A stretch of DNA of 64,000 bases, taken from the NCBI GenBank assembly GCA_964106915.2, contig OZ066927.1; one strand, 5' to 3'. The stretch is from Podarcis gaigeae. Taxonomy: Eukaryota. Below are positions 47,412 to 61,384 of the stretch, in pieces. The notes beneath the pieces are model-generated. The model saw only the letters and a program-made list of their open reading frames with translations, had not been told where the DNA came from and made no database searches. Numbering within the stretch: position 1 is the first letter of the stretch; each line of letters begins with the position of its first letter. Both the position numbers and the translations under genes were made by a program.

Positions 47412-50039
47412 CTGAGGCCCTCAAAGGAGAATACAGAGTTAAGTACTTTTGTAAGTACTTCACACGGTGCAGTGTTAAACTATGGATTTCACCCATACAA
47501 TATATAGTGATAGCTGCCAACCTGGATGGCTTAAAAATTCGACAAATTCATTGAGGATAAGGCTATTAGTCATGACAGTATATTCCATCTCTATTGCCAA
47601 AGGCAGCCTCTCACCTCAGTTTCCCATTAGAAAAATAGGAAAAATAATGATCAGCCATTATTTGATAAATGCCATGGATAATAAAACTAAACATGACTGC
47701 CCACAAAGCATTAAAGAATACAAAAGTTGCTAATTGGAAGTTAGATTGTTGGGTTTGACAGCCAGTACCTTAGAAGAGGGCACTATTGACAAAGCAGGCA
47801 GTCAAGCAAATGCAATTACATAATTAACTGAGATTGAAACTTAACTTCCATGCAAGACAGAGAGAAGCAGTATTACAAAAGATATTAGCGGTACATTTCT
47901 ACTTGTGCTTCTCCCTAACTCCTAACTGATGCTTCATAGACACTATACATTTTAAGCACATCTCTACACACACACAAAAATAATAATCCTGGGAACTGTA
48001 GCTAACATCTCCCAGAGGTACAATTCCCAGCACACTTAACAATCTACAGGTCCTAGAAGTGGAGAATGTGCTTTAAATATATTATGTGTACGCAGTCTCA
48101 GTTGCATATTACATTTTCCAATCTAAGCACAGGGTGACGTCCGCACGTGATTTTCCTGCAAATATGCAATGCACACTTCTCAACAGGTCTGTATACTTTA
48201 GTGTGCAAGTCATGCATGTGACCCAATAAGTCACTTTTATATCCAGAATCAGGTATTAGGAATGGCAGACGTTACTCATGTCTGGACAACAGGATATTCC
48301 AATTTCTAATTTCTAATTCTAATTTCTAAATCGTACAGAGGAAATTGAAACTCTAAGCCAGTTGATGAACATGTATGAAATTGTTTGTCAAGACTTGATA
48401 ATACTTTGCAGGTACTCCATATGTGATCAATCCTGAGTGCTCTCGTACAGGCAATAACTATCAAGAGGACTGATTGGAAGAAAGATATTCTTGTGCTGAA
48501 GCATAATATGAGCACAAATTTAAATGGAAATAGGTACCCCTAGGGTCACCTGCTAGGAATCCAAATGCTGAAAAATATAAATATGCCAAATCATTTCCTG
48601 TCATCAACAGAAAGGAGTTATATTGGAACAGGCAAATAACTAACTGCATGCAGAGCCCAGGCAGTAATGAGACAGTGCTGACAAATGCAACCTTCACAAT
48701 GTCAATTAGCAGCACAACAAACACAAATGCTCATGCAGCAACCACCAGTACTAGAGAAATGAAAGTCTAAACAGTGTGTTCAAATACTGCCAGCCAAACC
48801 ACTGCAAGCATATACTGTGTTGGCCTCTCTTGTTTCTGGGCAGTGGATTTAGACATACTGCTTGCTGGACTTTCATTTCTACCTGTCCAGATGGAGTCTG
48901 GATCCAGAGACTCAAGAGTTTCCGTCATCTTCCATCTGTTAGGCTGAAAGTTAATTGCAGCAGGCATCTTCAGCATCCCCCAGAGGTAAAAATCAAAGAG
49001 AAGTCCAACAAGTGTAAAACAAATGTCTCTCAAAAGCTCTTGACTGGCTTGAGAGCCACCTGCGATCTTTTGAGGGTTTCACCACAAGGAAGCTCAGAAG
49101 AACCTTCAGCAGAGCCAAATTGATACATACTTTAAAACAAATGCATTTATTGAATGCTAATCTAAAATACTTTTAGGTGGTGTACCTGTTCCAATGCCCT
49201 CTGCTAAATGTGTGGATTCACAAAACATTCCTTCACCCCCACATTACATTCTAGAGAGGTAGCCCTGTGAACTGGTTGTGGCAAAACCAACCCCCCCAAA
49301 AATGTGTAGCACCTTCAAGACATGCACATCTATTTTAGAAAATGCTTTTCTTGGCCATGTACCACAATACTCTGCTTTTTAAAAGTAATTTCTCTTGTGG
49401 GGAGAGAGATGCAACTTATTAATCTATCAAGTGAAATAAAAAAAATGGTATGGATGCCTTTTTGCTGTATATATTATGCAAATATAATATACTATAGTGG
49501 GATCTCAGATGAATCTAGAACCATGCTCCTGGGATTCTACCTAGAAAAAAATAAAGCAAATAGTCAATTTGAAAGTGACAATCCCATATCTGTGTTTTTT
49601 AAGTAATTCTGAAATTCCAGCCCTCGAGTGCCAAGCATTTCACCCTTGGCCCATCCTTTGTTTTCTGTTCTTTTCCTTCCACTGTTCTTAATTTAATAAA
49701 TAGGGATAAAGACTTCTATGATCATTAAGATCTGCCATATTGTTATTAATTCAGAATAGTTGTCTTAGAGATATAGACCATGAAGCATTGGTGGGATTGC
49801 TGACACTTGTCTTTTTTATAATGCTTCTTGAATATGCTTTAAAAATTGAGAATGGGGTATAGGATGCAGTGAGGAAGGCCAATTGTAAAGATTTAAGGAT
49901 ATAGCATAGATTACAGAGCCAGACTGGGACCATGACAGCTGGGTTCACATCCCACAGCCAGGAAGTTCACTGAGTGGCCTCTGGAAAGGCATTCTTTCAG
50001 CCTGACCTCTCAATATCATAATGTTGTTTTACAAATCTA

Positions 50040-50440
50040 TGATGCAACTTGGAATCACTTGGAATCCTGTGTATAGTTCAGGTCACTTCACCTGAAAAAG
50101 GGGGGAGGGCTCGTTTAATCTCACTGTAAACAAGTGGTACAGTGACAATAAAAAGTATTTTTATTTCTATGTTGTACCGCTGGAAAAAGGTTCAGAAAAG
50201 GGCAGCCAGGAGGCTCAAAGGGTTGGAGTTACTCCACTGTGAGGAAAGGTTACAACATTTGTGGCTAAAAAAAAATGTTTAGACTTTACAGAAAATGTGA
50301 GTAAAGAGGGACATGACAGAAGTGTATAAAATTATGCATGGTGTGGCTTCTCTAATACTGCAACACAGAGACATCCAATGGAGCTGAATGTTGGAAGATT
50401 CACGACAAAAGTACTTCCTCACAAAGGACATAATTAAATT
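50040..50440 (+). mobile_element. Decayed CR1 3' fragment
   Basis: TTGGAATCCTGTGTATAGTTC..CTGGAAAAAGGTTCAGAAAAGGGCAGCC..GAGGAAAGGTTACAAC..GGGACATGACAGAAGTGTATAAAATTATGCATGG. Confidence 0.7.
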
Positions 50441-53400
50441 AACCCCTTTTGAGGTAGCAAAAAAGGTTTGTGTTAGGCTTCTAAAGTGCTACAAGGCTTG
50501 AGTGTGAGGGCGCTGCAACACTCAGGACCGTGTGTGTGTGTGTGTGGTCCAGCTGAGTTGAGCTGATAGGAGGCAGGCACTGTACCTAAGCTGTAGGCGC
50601 ATTGCCCATGTTAATTCCCTTCTGGCACATATGTATGTGTGCCATCATCATGTATGTATATATATGCAAAAGTAACCTTGAGCATATAGACTGGCACCTC
50701 CCCCCACTAGCAGAGTTATTGTCCCTTCAACTGATGTATGACAGACAGGAATTCAGCAGGTCAGAACCAGCATTGTGAGTCTTATTCCTTGGAAGGCTGT
50801 GGGTTTTTAATTCCCACTGTTAACTGTTTGAAAGGGTTGCAGATCCCTTTGTGTGCTCTCACTGACTTGAATGGGACAAGATGTGTATACGATTTCAGAC
50901 TTGAGCATGCTTGGATTTGAACTTGGTGGAACTTACAGCTTGAACCATGCACAGTTTGAAGTTCGAACTTTGAACTATGCGTGTTTGTTTCAAAGTAAGT
51001 CCCCCTGGGGCAACTCAGCTAGCCCTCCCCCTTCCCCTGTATTTCATCAGCAGTGTCCGTGTATAATAGCATGGTCCTATTCAACTGAGAAATGATGGAG
51101 ACTATGAGCTTGTCAACATCCTTTTTGACACATAGTACCTGGAATTTAGATTTTACTAGTAGCATGGCCTACTAAGATGCTAAGAACGCTAATTTTCTAA
51201 GATCAGTTTTATTTTTGCTCCTTTGAATGAAGGATTCTGTACAAGGCAGAGCTTAGAGCAGTCTTTATTACAAATCCATTATGTGACCAATTGAAAAATA
51301 CAATATATAATAAAATTAGACAATCTATTTGCCACCTCAACGCTCATTATTTCAAGAACCACTCACTGCTTCTTTCTTTAGGGAGAGAATAAAGAACCTT
51401 GTTTACAGAAAAATTAGCCATCTTTTGCCTTTCCTTTTCAAACAAATTTAAATTGGTGTTAATTTCTAAGGCAGAACACTGAGAATGTCAGATCATTTGG
51501 GACCTTTTCACACATTATGTCGCAACGAACTTAGGACTGTAAATGTGTGTACATATGATGGGGAACTCCAACCAATTCTGATGCTCTGTGCCTGTATAAT
51601 ACACATGTGTGCTCCATTCACATGTATATGTAAAGGTGTACATGCTTGACTGGGCTTCTACAATTGAGTTCCACAGAACAGAGGCAAGCTCAGCTTTCCC
51701 AGTTTAGTGGATTCTTAGGTCTGTATACACAGATCAGAGCACATCTCTGAGTGTGTTGTGGGCTTGGGAATGGGCTCTGTATCAGCCAAGAATCTAAGAA
51801 CAGCACACTCCTTTTCTCATGCAAACATGTCCGACATTGACACACAGGGCCATCATCCTCACCATGAAGGGGAGGCTATTACAGAAGTCCACCCAGAGGA
51901 AACAGCTTTTGGTAAACATTTATGATAGAAGCAGAGAACTTGACTTGGACCTGCTTGTTTTGAGTTGGGAGACTGGCTGGCACTACTGGGCCCTTGGCAT
52001 CTTGCCACAATTTTGATACCCTAGATTTTGACTATGTCCCCACCAAAGTTGCCACATTATGCACTAGATTTATTCTGCATCCCAGATATGAACTTTCAAA
52101 GAAATTAACAATTTTGAGCAAAGCACTTAAAATATACCCACAACATTTTATGGATACCGTAGTGCTTGCTTGGTCTAGTTAAGTGCAAAGGATAAATGAA
52201 ATGTAGCTTTCATGATATAAAAGTTTGAAGGCCCATGAAACATCCTGGGTTGCGAAAGGAAATCTCCCTGTATTTCTTTCTTCCTTATTTCCTGTCTTTG
52301 GGAGGGTCAGCTGTATAAACTACAGCTTAGTTTATAAGTTACATGCCCTAGTTGAATAGCAAATGGGCAGACCAAGAGTTCCAGCCTGCCCAGCACAGCA
52401 TAGGCTTAAAGACAGGGGTGGCATAAGGCAAGCACGTGTCCCTGAATGTGCTCTCTGGTGCACCTTGCGCATGAAGTCTTCTGCCAGCTGCTTGGTTCAT
52501 GCTCCATGTAAAAGCTTTATTGGAGCATTTGACTGCTGTTTACCCTGTCAGTGCTATATAAATAATAAATAAGGTTTGGGGTTTCCCCATATGATTTTAG
52601 AGTACTACAATTTCAGACCTCTTCAGAAATCTAGTGGAGAATCCCTCCTGAGTTATTTATACAGTTGCAGGAAACTACAGCTGCAATTCTATGCAGAATT
52701 AACAGAATAAGCTCCTTTCGAAACAGTGGCTTATGAAACATGGCTTAAACATGCATAAGACTGCATTATGTATACTTTCTTTGCTGTAAAGCAACAAAGT
52801 TTGCAGTTCAGTTTGCAGAAAAGAAGCCCTGTGACAGTAATAAAAAACATTACTGATCCACAGTAAAATACAAGGCTCCCCCCTTTTTTCTTTTTGACAG
52901 AGGTCATTGTTGCATTGATTTGCCAATAATTTAGAACCATATAATAATCTTCAGCCAATTATTTTTGCCTCACATTTCACTTCAGTCAGATGGCTAATTT
53001 TTCCACTCATGACGGTGGGTTTTTTAAATCAATCCAGCGTTATGAGTCTTTTTATTACGTGTCAAACTCATTCTCCTGAATGGCTTCATCGGATCCTTTG
53101 AAACTCCCCAGAAAGTGTCTTCCTGCAATGCAAAGTTGTGGTTCCTTTTAGATGCAGATCATCAGATAGCAAAATATCCTTGTCCGCTGTTATATTCTGC
53201 CGACGGCTCACAGGGGCCCAGATACTCAGGTTCCCAAAGAAAGCTGTCCACACCGCCAGGTTTACTTAAAGGAAAAGCAAACTCACAACCCCTGCTTCCA
53301 GCACTCTGTGGGACAAACTCCACAACAAGGAGATGGCTTGTCCGCACCCAGGCAGTGGCACAAATGCTTTTTATACAGCAGAGCAGCCCACAGGTGGCCA

Positions 53401-53719
53401 TGATCTCCACCACACCCAAGGTTATCTTGAGGATTCAGCTGGTGCCAGCAAAGCTCCTGGACCACCTCACCTTTGGTTCAACACATCCACTTTCTGGTGC
53501 TTGTTGCAACTTTAGCCTTTTAGGAAATACAGCCCGGCTGCCCCAACAGAAGGCAAGATAAACAAACAAAACAGTATTTAATGACACCCCATTTCATATC
53601 ATGTTAAGGGGGAATGCTGCACACCCAACAAACTGTTCTTGGCTTGGAAGTGTCTCTGGTGCCATTTATAAAACTCTAAACTCTGCATAAATTTGAAATT
53701 CGAATCTTCTGTTGCTTAC

Positions 53720-53846
53720 CTTGCCGGAAGGACACAGAAACCAGCCTTTCATCAAACTCCTGGACTCTCCTATAGTTGTTCACCATTTCAAGAGGGGCAG
53801 GGTCACTAGGCTGTGTGCAGTACAGAGTGCTTTCCAGGGCCAGCAG
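53720..53846 (-). CDS. CA12: CA12 exon 8 ([42 protein letters not shown])
   Basis: tag|...|gtaag, 127 nt; NxRxxQ motif. Confidence 0.95.
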
Positions 53847-54009
53847 CTATGAGCAAAGCACAACAGTTTTAAGGATATCACAGTGGCAGGAATGGAAAAG
53901 CAGGCTTTCCTTCCATCACCAGTCCTTGTTACAGTTGAGACATTTCCCCCAGTATCTAGCTTTAATGTTTCTGTAGCTGGGATGTACTGACTCTACAGTA
54001 CTAGTTAAA

Positions 54010-54700
54010 ATTCAAGCGACTGAATTCTCCAATCTGTTAAGGTCACTTGGAATTCTGATTCTGTCTTCTGTACCCCTCCTAGTTTAGTGTCATCTGCAAA
54101 TTGGATGAGCATCCCTCAAGTCCCTCATCCAACTTGTTTATAAAGATGTTGAACAACAATGGACTCAGGGCAGAACCCTGCAGCACCCCACTTGTCACTT
54201 TTTCCCAGGATGATGAGGAACCATTAATGAGTTCTCTTTGGGTTCAGTCCACCAACCAGCTACAAATCCACCCAACAGTTAGAATCATAGAATCATAGAG
54301 TTGAAAGAGACCACAAGGCCATCGAGTCCAACCCCCTGCCAAGTTAACTCATTCAACCCACATTTACCAGCTTCCTTGCAAGAATATCATGGGGGACTTT
54401 GTCAAAAACCTTACTGAAATCAAGATACTCTATGTCCACAGCATTTCCCTGATTCATCAAGTTTGTAATTCCATCAGAAAAGAAATGACTTATTTTTGAG
54501 AAACCTATCCTGGGTCTTAGTAATCACAGCATCCTTTTCTAGGTGCTCACAGACAAACTGTTGAATTATCTGTTCTAGGACCTTCCCTAGTATCGATGCC
54601 AAGTTCACCAGTCAGTAGTTACCTTGGTCTGCTTTTTGCCCTTTTTGAAGATGGGGACAACATTTGCCCACCTCCAGTCTACAGGGACCTCACCTGTTCT
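54010..54700 (-). mobile_element. Decayed CR1 RT fragment with a short nested insertion (~54280-54342)
   Basis: TTTAGTGTCATCTGCAAA (FADDTK antisense), CAGAACCCTGCAGCACCCC (GVLQGS), GACTTTGTCAAAAACCTTACTGAAATCAAGATA (YLDFSKVFDKV). Confidence 0.85.
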
Positions 54701-55129
54701 CTTAACATGCAAACCGTTAACAGAAGGAAAATGTGGAAATGGCAGTATGATTTCCAGATGGAAAGTAGGCACTGTGAAAAGCTGGAAACCTCAGGAAGGG
54801 AGAGGGCTCTTGTGCTCAGATCCTGCTCATGGGTTTCCCACAGGCATCTGGGTGCCACAATGAGAACAGGATGCTGAACTAGATGGCCCATTGGCCTGAT
54901 CCAGCAGGTTCTCCTTATGTTCTGTAAAGCAGCTGCCACAGCAGACTTGACTAAGCCAGAGTCTTTAAGAGACCTGGATACCCCCACAATTAAGGAGAAT
55001 TTGCTCTCTTACTATGTTTGACTAGGGCTGTTTCAAATAGCCACATATGGGGCTTGTATTCAGTCTTGACAGCTTTTTAAAAAAATGTCAACCCAGATCA
55101 AAGGTGGGTGTTCTAATGTGGTTGAGTGC

Positions 55130-55476
55130 CAGCGGCAGAGCATGCCTTCCCAGTGCCCGGTGTACACGTGCCCGGGGGGGCAGGGCTTGGCGGGCACCAA
55201 GAGGAGGAGGCAGCAGGGCAGGTGTGCACCCTGCCAGTCAGCCAGGTGGGGGCTGCACTCACCCGCCAGATGCCAACTCAGTGAGGGAGAGGGGCGGCGA
55301 AGCCACCACTGCCTCTCCTCTCTCCTGCTTCCGCCCCGAGTCAGGCCTGCCCGCAGCTGTGCCCTTCCCCTCCCTCTCGCCTAGCCCATGGGCAGCCCTA
55401 AAGAGAAAGGGCACCTCATTGCACCCCCTAAAAAAATGTGCCTTGGGCTATGGCCCTCCCCCATGCTGTGCCACTG
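55130..55476. mobile_element. GC-rich non-autonomous hAT-like element
   Basis: Imperfect TIR CAGCGGCAGAGCATG / CATGCTGTGCCACTG; 8-bp flanks TTGAGTGC/CTGACTGC. Confidence 0.55.
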
Positions 55477-55985
55477 CTGACTGCATTGCCTGGATTGCAA
55501 TTTAGTACATTACTGCTTATCCTTCAGGTGGTTTGGTTTGGTTTTGCAGAGGATACTAGGTCTGTGATGGAATGTGTGGACAACCATTTCACTATGGCTG
55601 CATTCAACACACGTTCAGGTCTTACCCAAGTTTCTTAAATGTGCCCCAAGATCTCTTGGGTTGCAACTCTCATATTGTCCACTGACTGCTTGCACACACT
55701 GATGACAGAACAATTTCATTTCATTTTTCACATTGGGTCAAATGAATTAGCCCTGTCTGTATTTTCCATGTCTCAAACACTAGGGAGGAAGTTCAGTCTT
55801 AATCTTCAGTTTGAATCCAACACAGTAAAGCTAAGATGGTAGATGGGAGTCTAGCGTGTGCACAACAGCAGTATCCATAAAGGTGTAAGTAGGTGGGAAA
55901 CTCAGAAGGCAGGTATACATTTCATGCACAATTACTGGCAAGATTACCAGCTTTAACTGAGAACATATGTTTTATAGACCCTTGC

Positions 55986-56143
55986 CTGTTCCTCTGAAAT
56001 TTGTACTGGCTTTCGAAAAACCGTCCAAAGAACACTTGGGTAGCAAGGAGGTGTGGTCAGGGATCCTTCATAGCGGTAATATTCATCCAGTCTGTCTGGG
56101 AGCAAATCTTGGACATTGAAACCCGGGATGAAGGCTTCCTGAT
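55986..56143 (-). CDS. CA12: CA12 exon 7 ([53 protein letters not shown])
   Basis: ttcag| acceptor, 158 nt; GSLTTPPC (Thr199); donor is GC (CAG|gcaagg). Confidence 0.95.
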
Positions 56144-56650
56144 CTGAAAGAGATCACCCTTTTTTTATTAACTATATTCTTGCCAGCCCAACTCTCAGCA
56201 TATTTTTGGATGCAGCATTTCCTTAATTCTTTACTTTGCCCTCTTTTCCATTATTCCAGATAAGCAGGTTTCATTTGTGCATGCAAGAGAATGAGCACTT
56301 TCACCAGTCAGTCCCCCTGATGCTGTGCATCTAGCTAGAAAAGCAAAGTGTTCTGCTCTAAAGGTCACAGCTATGACAGCCAATCAGTGTGGCTGGCTGC
56401 TGCAAAACACGTACTTTGCTGAGCAACAAAAGTCATCATGACACATGCTCAACCGCAGGTTAGCTAACTTGTCTAGGACAGGGGTGGGGAGATGACAGTG
56501 AGGCAGACAACAGGGTGGGTGCACAACAATGGTATTGATGGATAAAACAAGCAGAATGTATTTTGTTACGCTGCTTTTTTAATTTTTTGTTTATGCTGCT
56601 TTGGGTTATCACTTGCTTATAAACAATTCAGTACCACATACAGCAAACCA

Positions 56651-57006
56651 GGGGGCGCGGGTGGCGCTGTGGGTTAAACCACAGAGCCTAGGACTTGCCG
56701 ATCAGAAGGTCGGTGGTTCGAATCCCCGCGATGGGGTGAGCTCCCGTTGCTCGGTCCCTGCTCCTGCCAACCTAGCAGTTCAAAACCACGTCAAAGTGCA
56801 AGTAGATAAATAGGTACTGCTCCGGCAGGAAGGTAAACGGCGTTTCCGTGCGCTGCTCTGGTTCGCCAGAAGTGGCTTAGTCATGCTGGCCACATGACCC
56901 GGAAGCTGTACGCCGGCTCCCTCGGCCAATAAAGCGAGATGAGCGCCACAACCCCAGAGTCGGCCACAACTGGACCTAATGGTCAGGGGTCCCTTTACCT
57001 TTACCT
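56651..57006 (+). mobile_element. Young Sauria SINE
   Basis: Full body, (ACCTTT)n tail; 12-bp TSD TACAGCAAACCA. Confidence 0.95.
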
Positions 57007-57134
57007 TACAGCAAACCAACCTCACACCGGTCTCTAATGAATTAACCTGCACTGCAAGTACATCCTAAATTGACAAAGTCTTCTGATTTGACTGCTTAGG
57101 GATGCAAAATTCCAGTTGAAATCCTTTTTCCTAC

Positions 57135-57198
57135 CTTTATATTTCACATTCTGAAAATGACTGAAGATCTTTTCGAATGATGGATTGAATGCACCTGT
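57135..57198 (-). CDS. CA12: CA12 exon 6 (TGAFNPSFEKIFSHFQNVKYK)
   Basis: cag|...|gtagg, 64 nt. Confidence 0.94.
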
Positions 57199-57888
57199 CT
57201 GTAACAAAAAAGGAGAAGATTTATTTTCTAGCCATTTTAATTCTGCATAGTTTTAGGTTCAGCAAGTACTTGCAGATCTTTATTAGGCACCATTAATGGT
57301 AATGGAAGAGGAGAGCCCACCAAGGGGCAAAATCCACCAGGAAGGTCTCCTGCGCAAGAACACAGTAGCACAGCTCCCATCCACTTCAATGGAACTTGAA
57401 CAGGAGAGCTTTGGGTGGATGGTTTCCCCATGTTTACTCAGTAGGGAAGACCATGTGGATGTTTTGGGCACCCAAATGTTTTGGTCTGACCTTGTTGTTT
57501 CAGTTTACGCCATCATTTGTTGGCGATATAAGCCTAGCCACAGATTTAGTGGGCTGAGGTCATTTCTTTTCAGGGCACAAATACATTTGTGTTTCAATAA
57601 CCCCAGAGCTGCTCTCATTAGAATAATGGCATCTGGTGGTGAGTGATTTCTTCAACCACATTCTAAAATACTTAATAGCCATGATTATAGTTCACTAAAC
57701 CATTAGCAAAATAGCACTGGAAAAGCAACCCCAAACATATTTGGTGACCAAAGCATACTTTGGGGAGGGAGATGATGTTGTTTGCATTGTAAGACGTATG
57801 AAACAGCTTTTAACAGGGCAGCAATCCTTCATCCACAAGGGCAGGCAATCAAAAGAGCCTTGTCTCCTCCTTTTCCCTGTGTCTGGAG

Positions 57889-58026
57889 CAGGGGAGGGGA
57901 ACATGTGGCCCTCCAGATGTTGATGGGCTACAACTTCTGCTATCGCTGAGCATTGGCAAGTGTGGCAGGGGCTGATGGGAGTTGGAGTCCAACAACAACT
58001 GGAGGGCCAAAGCTTCTCCAGCTCTG
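57889..58026. mobile_element. Older hAT palindromic MITE related to 9398-9533
   Basis: CTCCAGATGTT..CTACAAC..GATGGGAGTT..CTGGAGGGCC; TSD GTCTGGAG/GTCTAGAG. Confidence 0.75.
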
Positions 58027-58153
58027 GTCTAGAGGGACAAGCTTTGAACCTGGATAGAATCATCAACTGCCAAGAGCCAGATAAGACCCTATTATATTAA
58101 ACCTCTGGGTGCACTTCAATTTTTGGACACTTTTGAGGGAAAGAGCCCCTTAC

Positions 58154-58249
58154 CTCAATCAGGATTGCCAAGACTGCCAGTCCATCTGATTTGTCCATTG
58201 CTGAGTTCACGTCCAGATATTTGTCAGAGTTGTAATGTACGATGTGGAG
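58154..58249 (-). CDS. CA12: CA12 exon 5 ([32 protein letters not shown])
   Basis: aag|...|gtaag, 96 nt; Zn ligand His119, GLAVL motif. Confidence 0.95.
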
Positions 58250-60683
58250 CTTCAGAGGGGGAATAAAATGGCAAACACCAACTGAAGGCTTAACCACTGG
58301 TGGAGGAAGACAGGTGGGGGGGATGCGGTGTGCACTGGGTGTCAGCTGTGAGGGCGGGTGACATAACTGCACCACCCCCCACCCTACGCTCGCTGCGTGG
58401 GCAGCGGGCCATTAGGGACGATGCTGCCACAGGCAGCTAGCGGCACCCCCCCCCCAACGCTCGCAGCAGGCAGCTAGGGATGCTCACCATATGGGCAGCT
58501 AGCCCCGCCCCTGCGCTGCTCCAGGTGCCGGGGCAGGTAGCTCCACCCCTGGGCTTAACAAATTTACAAAGCTTGCAAAAGATAATCTGATTTACTGGAT
58601 GCCTCACTGCAGTATAAGTTGCCTGATTAGGAAAACTGACTATATATATATATATATATATGCCTGAAAGCACCAGCATGCTGGATTTCACACACCCCAA
58701 GCCTGGCCTAGTTATAATAGAACACAGGTGCAGAATTTGGGGCCTGGGGGCTTGACTTGGCCCACCAGGTTTCCCCATTTGGCAAGTAGTGGGGCAGGTA
58801 GACATGAGGCTTCAAAAGAACAACGAGCAACAGATTATTCCTTTGCAGAGACCAGATGTGCTCCCCTCCCCTTCAGCTGATGTGTGGTAGGAGTGCGCCT
58901 TGCTCAAGGAGGGGAAAGCGGTTTCTATTCAATGTAAACCACTTTCCCCTCCCAGACTCACTCTTTGAACCTCCGAAAACTGATTTTCAGAGGTTTACGG
59001 AGCAGTGTGGAGCTGCTTGCAAAGGACTTTAGCACAGCATTTTGTGAAATCACTGTGATGTCTGGTGATTGACATGTGGACAGCCTTGCCCGCTTGTCAA
59101 ATCTGGCACGCTGGTGGAGGTGAGAGTAAGATCTGGCCCACCAGTCAGAAAAGGTCCCCTATCTCTGTAACAGACCATCAGAATTACAGCATTAACTACG
59201 GAAGTGGCAGAATGGAAGACAGGGGAAATTTGTCTGATGGGTACAGTCCACCAAGAATATGGTATTTTAATGAGGTGGCTTATGTGGGACAGCTTCTGGG
59301 CAACTTGGATGCCCCCTGTTAACAGCAAGGAATATGGGATGGGGAAGAGTGCCAACATCACACCATTAGGGTTTTCTGCCTCAGGAACCAAAATGTATTG
59401 CTACAGCCTTGCGCTCTCATTCCCTTGTAATTGACCTTGAATTATACTTTATGGCAGGCATCCATGTCTTCTGCTAGACTTATAATTAGTGAAAGACATG
59501 AAACAGCTTTGTGGTTGTGAACTGAAGGAACTGAACATAATGGCAATTCTTTGTGGTGTCCACAGAACAGTGTCATAGCTATGGGGGAGGGTAGCTAGAT
59601 TTTTGCCCCAGGTGAAGCCTCCAGAGGGGCGCCATTGAGGTTCCCAGCCTCTCTCTGTGTATGCATGCGTGTGCACAAATGAATAGGTGTGCGTGCCAAA
59701 CTGAGTCTTTGACCCAGGTGAAATAAAGCCTAGTTTGACGCCTGCATGGAATGGATTGTGGTGCTCTGTTCAGATTGGTCCTCCCAGGCAGTTCTGTAGA
59801 ATAAATATATAAACTAGGATTGCAAAACATATTAGCATATCTGGATCAATCGGCAGTTCTTAAGAGCACCCTCATCCCAGGGTGGCCAATGTGGTGCTTG
59901 CCAGATATTGGTGATTCCTGATCTTTGGTCATGCTGGCTGGGACGGATGGGAGATGTAGTAAAAAAAAAAATAGTTACACTTGGCATAGATTTCTCCCTG
60001 CTAACAGATATGATAGTTCACCATGTACTGAATCTTTAAGGGAAAAATATTTTTCTGGTATCATTTGGAACTTGTTTGTGTTATGATCTGGTGCTACAAG
60101 AATTGTAAATGTGCTGCTTAGAGAAGGTGGGGCTTGTAGAGAGTTGTTTGTCCTGAGGAAAAGTATATCAGGGAATGAAATAGAATACAACTTCTTGAAG
60201 AGCTAATAAACATTTTTTATTATTAAAGTTGTGAAACTCAAAATATATTTTTCTTTACTTAATAAGTTTGATTAAAATATGTATAAATATGTAAGTTTGA
60301 TTAAAATATGTATATTTTACTTAATCTTTACTTAATAAGTTTGATTAAAATATGTATATTAAAAATATTAGCTGCTTTTCCATGTGAGAAAAGGTCCTAA
60401 AAGTGGCACACAAAACTTGTGATGAACAAAGCCAGCTGTGCTGTGCAGCAGAGGGGAGCAACTAGCAGTCTGCTTCTCCAGCCTCATAAGGAAAAGGAAA
60501 AATAAGGCGGGAAATTTAGTGTATTTTAATCTTGCCTTTCAATTTTAATTGTTGTTGGATCTTAACTGTAAATTGTCTTGAGTGCCCTTTGTAGGGCCAA
60601 AACGTGGCATAAAATGTTTTAATAAATAAATTAATAAATAGATATCTGAAAGGAGCAATAGATTGAATGCCTCAAAATCTTAC

Positions 60684-60826
60684 TTCAGCAGCAAAATGCC
60701 TCCCACCAATTGTGTGTTCAGATCCTTCCTGCTTGTTCCGGTTTCCCCAGTGTAAATGGAGCTGAGCGGCAGAATAGTGGGAAGGGAGGCTCCGGATGCG
60801 CATGCTTTGAGAAAGACTCATTCTTA
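60684..60826 (-). CDS. CA12: CA12 exon 4 ([48 protein letters not shown])
   Basis: ctag|...|gtaag, 143 nt; QLHLHWG (His94/His96), GSEH (Glu106). Confidence 0.96.
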
Positions 60827-61312
60827 CTAGGAGAGGAGAAGATGGGAGAGGGAGACAACACGACATGAGAGTATTAAATGCAGAGGCAAAACTCAGTGCA
60901 GGTCCACGACACATTTTTACATAAAATTGCATATGCTAATTTATATGTACAGAGGCAAATGAATTCTGCCAGTTCTGATCTTAGATGTAGCTTCCCAAGT
61001 TAGGATGCAGCTCAGATTGCTCTCACCTTTGGGGGCAAGACCTTAAACTGAGATCTACATTTAGGGCTCCTAGTAAAACACTGGCTAATATCACAGTCCT
61101 CAAAGGATTAATGTTGGGATGTTAATGCATTTTAAAAGGGTTATATTTCACACTGGTGCAGAGGCAACAAGAAACTTTGCAGCCATTGAAGGAAGAGAGT
61201 TATTTTTTAATCAAAGCTGCTGCAAAAGGGAATAATTCACAATACTGTAAAGACATTAAGGAAGTTCAGATACAACTTACTATGTGCATATGGATGGAGA
61301 TTACTAAGGAAG

Positions 61313-61384
61313 GAAATTCTGAATATCATGTGCATTTTTGTTGGGATGAAATTCTGAATATCATGTGCATTTTTGTTGGGATGA
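61313..61384. repeat. Perfect 35-bp tandem duplication
   Basis: GAAATTCTGAATATCATGTGCATTTTTGTTGGGAT x2. Confidence 0.9.

Noticed and set aside
48538-48567. Possible CA12 micro-exon AFGFLAG(DPRG), phase 1-1
   Set aside because: Good acceptor but weak donors (gtgacc, gtacct) and no resemblance to exon 9; 47370-47411 fits better. It cannot be excluded without RNA-seq.
55047-55505. 152-aa ORF
   Set aside because: Spans a GC-rich hAT-like insert and has no recognisable domain
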